Part shown: one piece after another, positions 35,042 to 39,698 of the stretch
Numbering within the stretch: position 1 is the stretch's first letter
How the letters are laid out: every line of letters starts with the position of its first letter
IMG/VR virus record: IMGVR_UViG_3300042110_000458
Location: 1-39,698 of that record
Reading direction: 5' to 3' (one strand)
Source of the DNA: a virus
Lineage: Duplodnaviria > Caudoviricetes
DNA length: 39,698 bases
The notes under the pieces: generated by a model
Databases searched by the model: none
The model's input: only the letters and a program-made list of their open reading frames with translations
Told to the model about the DNA's origin: nothing
Made by a program: the position numbers and the translations under genes

Positions 35042-35653
35042 GGCGTCAATCCGATCGATCGAGGAGGCGGCACCACCGACCTCCTCCTTCGCCTTTTTCA
35101 TGTCGTCCTCGAGCTTGCCCATCTTCCCCTCGAGCGCCTTCACGGCAACGATCATACCAGCCGTCACTGCAGCCCCGGTCGCAACAGTTGCAGCTGCTTT
35201 TGAACCGAAGAGGGACGCGAGCTTTGCCTGAACAACACTGACACCGCCCATCGCCGATGTAGCGACAGTCGCACCGACAGCAGCTACCGCCCCGACCGCG
35301 GCTATCGTTGCAACCTCAGGAGTCATGCCGAGATATGTCTCCTCTTTTGGCTGGGGGTCAGGGACAACCACAACTGCTTGGGTAGCGGACACGGTTGCAG
35401 GAGCAGCTGCCACCACGGGAGGCGGAGGCTCAGGCTCAGGAAGCGGTGGAGGCTCCACTTTCTTCTCGACGACATTCTTGACGACCTTGACCTCCCGCTT
35501 CTCCTCGACAGGCTTCTCTATCTGCTTGACAGTTGTCTCGTCGGTCGGCGGGCGGATGATGACACCTGCCTCGATAGTGCAGTCGGTGTCGCTCAGGCGA
35601 GGATCATCGATGGTGACAATCTCGCCTGACTTGACAACGCAGGTATCAGCCAT
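34988..35653 (-). CDS. Membrane protein with Pro-rich linker and C-terminal coiled coil
   Basis: ATG 35653 coupled to upstream gene; two Ala/Val/Gly-rich hydrophobic segments. Confidence 0.65.
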   Translation of the reverse strand: MADTCVVKSGEIVTIDDPRLSDTDCTIEAGVIIRPPTDETTVKQIEKPVEEKREVKVVKNVVEKKVEPPPLPEPEPPPPVVAAAPATVSATQAVVVVPDPQPKEETYLGMTPEVATIAAVGAVAAVGATVATSAMGGVSVVQAKLASLFGSKAAATVATGAAVTAGMIVAVKALEGKMGKLEDDMKKAKEEVGGAASSIDRIDALLSRLGSDNDDELDPSV

Positions 35654-36119
35654 TCTTCTTCGCCCTGCCGCGCTTCGGAGCAGGCGGCTCGGGCTCAGGT
35701 GCTGGTTTGGCCTTTGCTCTGGGCTTCGGCTTCTCGTCCGTGGGCGGCTCCGGGGTGACCTTACCACCCGCGAGGAGGATCTCAAGCTTGGTCTCAATCT
35801 TCGCAAGCTTGGCGCGGAGCTCACCCACCTGCTCGAGGAGGTCCTCTTTCGCCTGCAATGCCGCCTCGAGCTTCACTTCAAGAGCGGCGACGCGCTCTTT
35901 CAGGTCGTCCTTGTATTCGTTCCTCTCCTTGCGATCGAGGAGCTTTTCCTCTTTCGCGTCCTTGCGGACGTTGTCGTTCGCCTTGAAATTGAGATCGGCC
36001 TTCTTCTTATAGAAATCCCACGCGTACTTACCAAGAGCGCCAGAGACTGCGAGTCCGAGGACGGCCCAGATGTTACCGCCTCCCGTTGCCTCCATAACCT
36101 GTGCTACTGGATCGGCCAT
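35646..36119 (-). CDS. N-terminal TM + coiled-coil protein (possible lysis accessory)
   Basis: IWAVLGLAVSGALG..AW; long heptad region; basic Pro-rich tail. Confidence 0.7.
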   Translation of the reverse strand: MADPVAQVMEATGGGNIWAVLGLAVSGALGKYAWDFYKKKADLNFKANDNVRKDAKEEKLLDRKERNEYKDDLKERVAALEVKLEAALQAKEDLLEQVGELRAKLAKIETKLEILLAGGKVTPEPPTDEKPKPRAKAKPAPEPEPPAPKRGRAKKNG

Positions 36120-36628
36120 TAGCCACCTCTCTCTGCATCGTCTGAAGGGACATTTGCTTTTGTTCCGAAGTAGTAGGCAAACACCATCAGCGTGATGTCC
36201 TTAATAAATGTGAGGACCTCACGGCTCTCATTCTCCCAGAGGAGCTGGGCGGATGGGCCAGCAATGAGCTTGTCCGCGATCCAGATGCCGACAATGAAAG
36301 CAAACATCGAGGTCACGAACTGCGTGAGAGCCTTGTGCTCCTTCTTCTCGCGCTCGAAGATCGACTTCACGATCCACTGGATCCCGCCCACAATAGCTCC
36401 ACCGAGTAGGATGGCACCGAATGTCGTCGGGATTGAGTCGTAGAGACTCGGGTAGATTTTATCGCCGTTCTTGTCTAGCGCAACGGTCTCTGATTTCGTT
36501 GTCTCGACAGTCACAGGTTGCGTTGCCACCGCTTCGGTGGGCGCTGTTGCGGTGGGCGCTTCAGCAGTTCCGACATTTTCTGCCCCCGTGTTCTCAGCGC
36601 CCTCGATTCCTTCTCCTGGTTCCGGCAT
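36119..36628 (-). CDS. 3-TM membrane protein, holin-like
   Basis: AAGGAGG RBS; three TM helices ending MVFAYYFGT. Confidence 0.6.
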   Translation of the reverse strand: MPEPGEGIEGAENTGAENVGTAEAPTATAPTEAVATQPVTVETTKSETVALDKNGDKIYPSLYDSIPTTFGAILLGGAIVGGIQWIVKSIFEREKKEHKALTQFVTSMFAFIVGIWIADKLIAGPSAQLLWENESREVLTFIKDITLMVFAYYFGTKANVPSDDAERGG

Positions 36629-36678
36629 GTATCCTTCCTCCTTTCCGTGTTAAATAGTTTGCTCCGAAGTGACTTTGT

Positions 36679-36710
36679 CTATTCCAATTTCAGAAGTTCT
36701 GTGGTATAAT
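36679..36710 (+). promoter_or_regulatory. Class B promoter CTATTCCAATTTC ... TGTGGTATAAT
   Basis: Identical box; extended -10 TGnTATAAT at 17-nt spacing from TTCCAA. Confidence 0.8.
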
Positions 36711-36731
36711 GATCATACAGTGGAGGTAGGA

Positions 36732-38060
36732 ATGCAGAGCCTGAACGGTGTAATCGAAACCCTCGAGGCCCTCGAGGCGGACAACTCTCGTCTCTACAAG
36801 GAGTCTATCCTCTTCCCCCGACAGGGAGACGCTCTCCTCCAGCGATTCTTCTCTCTCGCCTTTGACCCCTGGAAGAACTGGGGAGTCTCCAAGTACGACA
36901 AGGCGACTATTCCCGGTCCCCGCGGGCATGGCGATGACCTGGTGGAAGAGTTCCTCGACCTCCTCGTACGTCTTGACAAGCGAGAGCTGAAAGGTAACGC
37001 TGCCCGGAAGGCGGTCTCCGAGATCATTGCCTCCGGAGATTCCCTCACCCAGAAGTGGTTGGAACGTCTCCTCTGGCGCAATCTCCGGTGTGGAGTCTCA
37101 GTCACCACGGTCAACAAGCTCTGGCCCGGAACGGTGGTCCCCTTCGCGGTGGCACTCGCCCAGACCCTCCCCACCAAGGGTGTCAATGGGAACTTCGTCT
37201 TCTCCGAGCCGGTGACCTATCCTGTCCGAGTGGAGGCGAAGCTGGACGGCCTCCGCGTGGTGGCCGTGAAGTCCAAGGGTGAGGTCACTCTCTACACCCG
37301 AAACGGCACGGTCCTTGAGACCCTTCCCCGCATCAAGGCGGCCATCGAGGAGCTTCCGGTAGACGACTTTGTCCTTGACGGCGAGGCAATGGGCGAGGAC
37401 TGGAATGAGTCCGCCTCGGTGGTGATGTCAGCGAAGTCGAAGAAGGACGACTCGACGATGCGGTATCATGTGTTCGACTATGTCCCTCTCGCCGACTGGC
37501 AGGCCCAGAAGACCGACCTCACCTACTCCGAGCGCCTCGCAATCCTCAACCCTCTCATCATCTCCCAGGGTGACTCCTCTCCCTTCCGCCTCGTGAAGTC
37601 GATGACCTGTAGCAATGAGGAGGAACTTCGGAGCTTCTACACCTCATGTCTCGACGAGAACTACGAGGGTGTGATGCTCAAGGACGTCAACGCAAAGTAC
37701 CAGTGGAAGCGCTCGGCGGCCATCCTGAAGCTGAAGCCGGTGGCCACCGAGGAAGGAGTCGTTATCGGATGGTACGAGGCCTCGGTGGCCACGAAGCGAG
37801 CCGGCCAGTTCGGTGGATTCCGAGTCCTCACCCCCAATGGTGTGGTCACCCGAGTCGGCGGTGGTTACTCTGACAAGCTGAAGACCGAGGTCAACGCGGA
37901 CCCGAACTCCTGGATCGGTCGGATCGTGGAATGCGAGCACCAGCCCCCGTTCACCCCTGACGGCAAGATGCGGTTCCCCGTGTTCTGCCGCTTTCGAGAC
38001 CCCTCTGACGTGGACCCCAAGATCCACGCCGCCTACGACAACTGGAAGGAGAACGCATGA
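36732..38060 (+). CDS. ATP-dependent DNA ligase
   Basis: EAKLDGLR (KxDG), LDGE, FD, EGVMLK, KLK and RFP.F..FR motifs; GGAGG RBS. Confidence 0.95.
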   Translation: MQSLNGVIETLEALEADNSRLYKESILFPRQGDALLQRFFSLAFDPWKNWGVSKYDKATIPGPRGHGDDLVEEFLDLLVRLDKRELKGNAARKAVSEIIASGDSLTQKWLERLLWRNLRCGVSVTTVNKLWPGTVVPFAVALAQTLPTKGVNGNFVFSEPVTYPVRVEAKLDGLRVVAVKSKGEVTLYTRNGTVLETLPRIKAAIEELPVDDFVLDGEAMGEDWNESASVVMSAKSKKDDSTMRYHVFDYVPLADWQAQKTDLTYSERLAILNPLIISQGDSSPFRLVKSMTCSNEEELRSFYTSCLDENYEGVMLKDVNAKYQWKRSAAILKLKPVATEEGVVIGWYEASVATKRAGQFGGFRVLTPNGVVTRVGGGYSDKLKTEVNADPNSWIGRIVECEHQPPFTPDGKMRFPVFCRFRDPSDVDPKIHAAYDNWKENA

Positions 38061-38347
38061 TTGACAAGTTTGTGACTTTCAAGGAACCTGTGGTCATCGA
38101 AGATGATGTTGAGAACGGCGTCCTGGTGCGAAAGGGTGGCATGATCTTTCGAAGTCACGTTGTGATGACTGACGGTCGTCATTTCTCAATCTCTGATGCG
38201 CAGCACGGAAGCGGCAGGTTTGCCATTGACGAAACCCTGGTGTTTCCGTGTGACGATGAAGGAAACGTCACTGAGTGGCAGGAGGGTCCGTGGGGCGGCC
38301 GTGAGATGAGGACCGAAGAAGTCGTGAACGAGATGAACCGAACCTGA
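38057..38347 (+). CDS. Hypothetical protein
   Basis: AAGGAG RBS, ATGA coupling. Confidence 0.65.
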   Translation: MIDKFVTFKEPVVIEDDVENGVLVRKGGMIFRSHVVMTDGRHFSISDAQHGSGRFAIDETLVFPCDDEGNVTEWQEGPWGGREMRTEEVVNEMNRT

Positions 38348-38447
38348 GTTTCTACAAAGTCTTGCCTCTTTCTGAAGAAGAGGCGGGTCTCCCCGAATAG
38401 TTATGAATGGGTTTGCGGACAACCCGCACCCGAGGGAGGACCTAACA

Positions 38448-38633
38448 ATGGCATTAACACCTGATGAGCTGATTGCACTGGCACCTGAGATTGAGGAGCT
38501 TGTCAAATATCTGAATGGCGCACTGAAGAAGGACGCGGATGGAAAGGTCCACGTCACGAAGGAAGAGCGGAAGCAGATAGGGAAGCTTATCCTTGGCCTC
38601 TCTGCAAAGTTTGCTAAGGAAGCTCTAGACTAA
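38448..38633 (+). CDS. Small hypothetical protein
   Basis: GGAGGA RBS; ATAGTTA motif at 38397. Confidence 0.6.
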   Translation: MALTPDELIALAPEIEELVKYLNGALKKDADGKVHVTKEERKQIGKLILGLSAKFAKEALD

Positions 38634-38680
38634 GCCTGTACAGGCACCCTGCGCCCGTTACAATATCCAATGGAGGAATC

Positions 38681-39634
38681 TTGCGGATACTTGTAACGGG
38701 CGCAGCTGGGTTTGTGCCCTCTCATCTCATTGACCTGCTCCTGACGGTCGGTCACGAAGTCTACGGCGTCGATAACTTCGTGACCGGTAATTCAAGAAAC
38801 TTGGCGCATCTTGTTCAGAATCCAATTTTCAGTTTCAAACAAGCAGATGTGAGCAGAGAGATTCCCACGTTTCTTGACAAGGACGGCAAGCCTGTCAAGT
38901 TCGATAGAGTCTATCACATGGCTTCACCCGCCAGTCCCATAGACTATGTCCAGCTACCGTTTGAGACTCTCGACGCAGGGTCCAAGGCAACCGAGAAGTG
39001 CCTCGAACTATGCAGGGAGACCGGCGCTCGGTTCCTCCTCGCCAGCACCTCTGAGGTGTACGGTGACCCTGCCGTCCATCCACAGGTGGAGAGTTACTGG
39101 GGGAATGTGAATCCCATTGGACCCCGGAGCGTCTACGATGAGGCAAAGCGGTACGCAGAGACTCTCACGATGGCCTACCAGAGATACCGCGGTGTCGAAA
39201 CAAGGATTGTCAGGATCTTCAACACCTACGGTCCCAGGATGCGTCCTAACGACGGGAGGGTGATGCCAGCCTTCATCAACCAGGCGCTGAGGGGTGAGCC
39301 CCTCACTGTCTTCGGAGACGGGAAGCAGACTCGTAGTTTCTGCTATGTCCATGATCTCGTGAGGGGAATTGAGAGACTGATGGAGTCTAACGTGAAGACT
39401 CCGTGTAACATTGGGAATCCGCATGAGATGACGATGTTACAGCTCGCAGAGCACATCAACAGATTCACTGGCAACACTGCGGGTATCGTCCATAAGCCGC
39501 TACCGCAGGACGATCCGACTCAACGGAAGCCGGACATCACGTTTGCAAAGATGAGTCTCGGTTGGGAGCCCATAGTCGACTTTGAGACAGGAGTTCGACT
39601 GACTGTCGACTTCTTTAGGGAAAGTGCAAAATAG
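38681..39634 (+). CDS. UDP-glucuronate decarboxylase-like NAD-dependent epimerase/dehydratase (extended SDR)
   Basis: [53 protein letters not shown]. Confidence 0.93.
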   Translation: MRILVTGAAGFVPSHLIDLLLTVGHEVYGVDNFVTGNSRNLAHLVQNPIFSFKQADVSREIPTFLDKDGKPVKFDRVYHMASPASPIDYVQLPFETLDAGSKATEKCLELCRETGARFLLASTSEVYGDPAVHPQVESYWGNVNPIGPRSVYDEAKRYAETLTMAYQRYRGVETRIVRIFNTYGPRMRPNDGRVMPAFINQALRGEPLTVFGDGKQTRSFCYVHDLVRGIERLMESNVKTPCNIGNPHEMTMLQLAEHINRFTGNTAGIVHKPLPQDDPTQRKPDITFAKMSLGWEPIVDFETGVRLTVDFFRESAK

Positions 39635-39644
39635 TTTACGCAGC

Positions 39645-39676
39645 CTATTCCAATTTCGTGTGAAGTGTGGTATACT
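39645..39676 (+). promoter_or_regulatory. Class B promoter CTATTCCAATTTC ... TGTGGTATACT
   Basis: Third identical box, followed by GGAGG RBS for a gene beyond the window. Confidence 0.8.
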
Positions 39677-39698
39677 GATAATACACGGAGGTTGGTGA

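Noticed and set aside
35325-36122. 265-aa + strand ORF
   Set aside because: Antisense shadow of the coupled minus-strand operon, which has the RBS and coherent TM/coiled-coil products
1-39698. Alternative genetic code / stop-codon reassignment
   Set aside because: Standard code gives dense, full-length genes, and TAG, TGA and TAA all end conserved proteins at expected positions

Overview
Gene-dense, almost entirely + strand segment of what is most likely a large (jumbo, T4-like) dsDNA phage. Several cargo genes point to a Myxococcota/deltaproteobacterial host. The first 11 kb is an array of small hypothetical genes behind a repeated, fixed-spacing promoter motif. Recognisable genes: metallophosphoesterase (partial), SLX1-like GIY-YIG nuclease, both type IIA topoisomerase subunits, permuted NlpC/P60 amidase, DNA methyltransferase, AAA+ ATPase, GH46/lysozyme-like muramidase, SET-domain protein, DUF3310, HAD phosphatase, PolX, ATP-dependent DNA ligase and UDP-glucuronate decarboxylase-like SDR. 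Two things stand out. (1) A four-gene cassette sits between the topoisomerase subunits (GNAT, ART-like, R-S-E ART, Nudix). Its products share an N-terminal 'LxRxLxRE' leader, and two begin in an identical 24-bp repeat; this is a candidate set of virion-packaged, injected effectors. (2) There is a set of myxobacterial cell-surface genes: a CglF/GltF-like gliding protein, an Flp pilin, an Ig/PKD lipoprotein and a 1191-aa protein with an internal MYXO-CTERM signal followed by a beta-barrel and OmpA domain (TraA+TraB-like architecture). Three promoter classes and a large set of small KOW/SH3-like proteins are also visible. No tRNA, rRNA, CRISPR array or transposase was seen. All family calls are by motif recognition, not database search.
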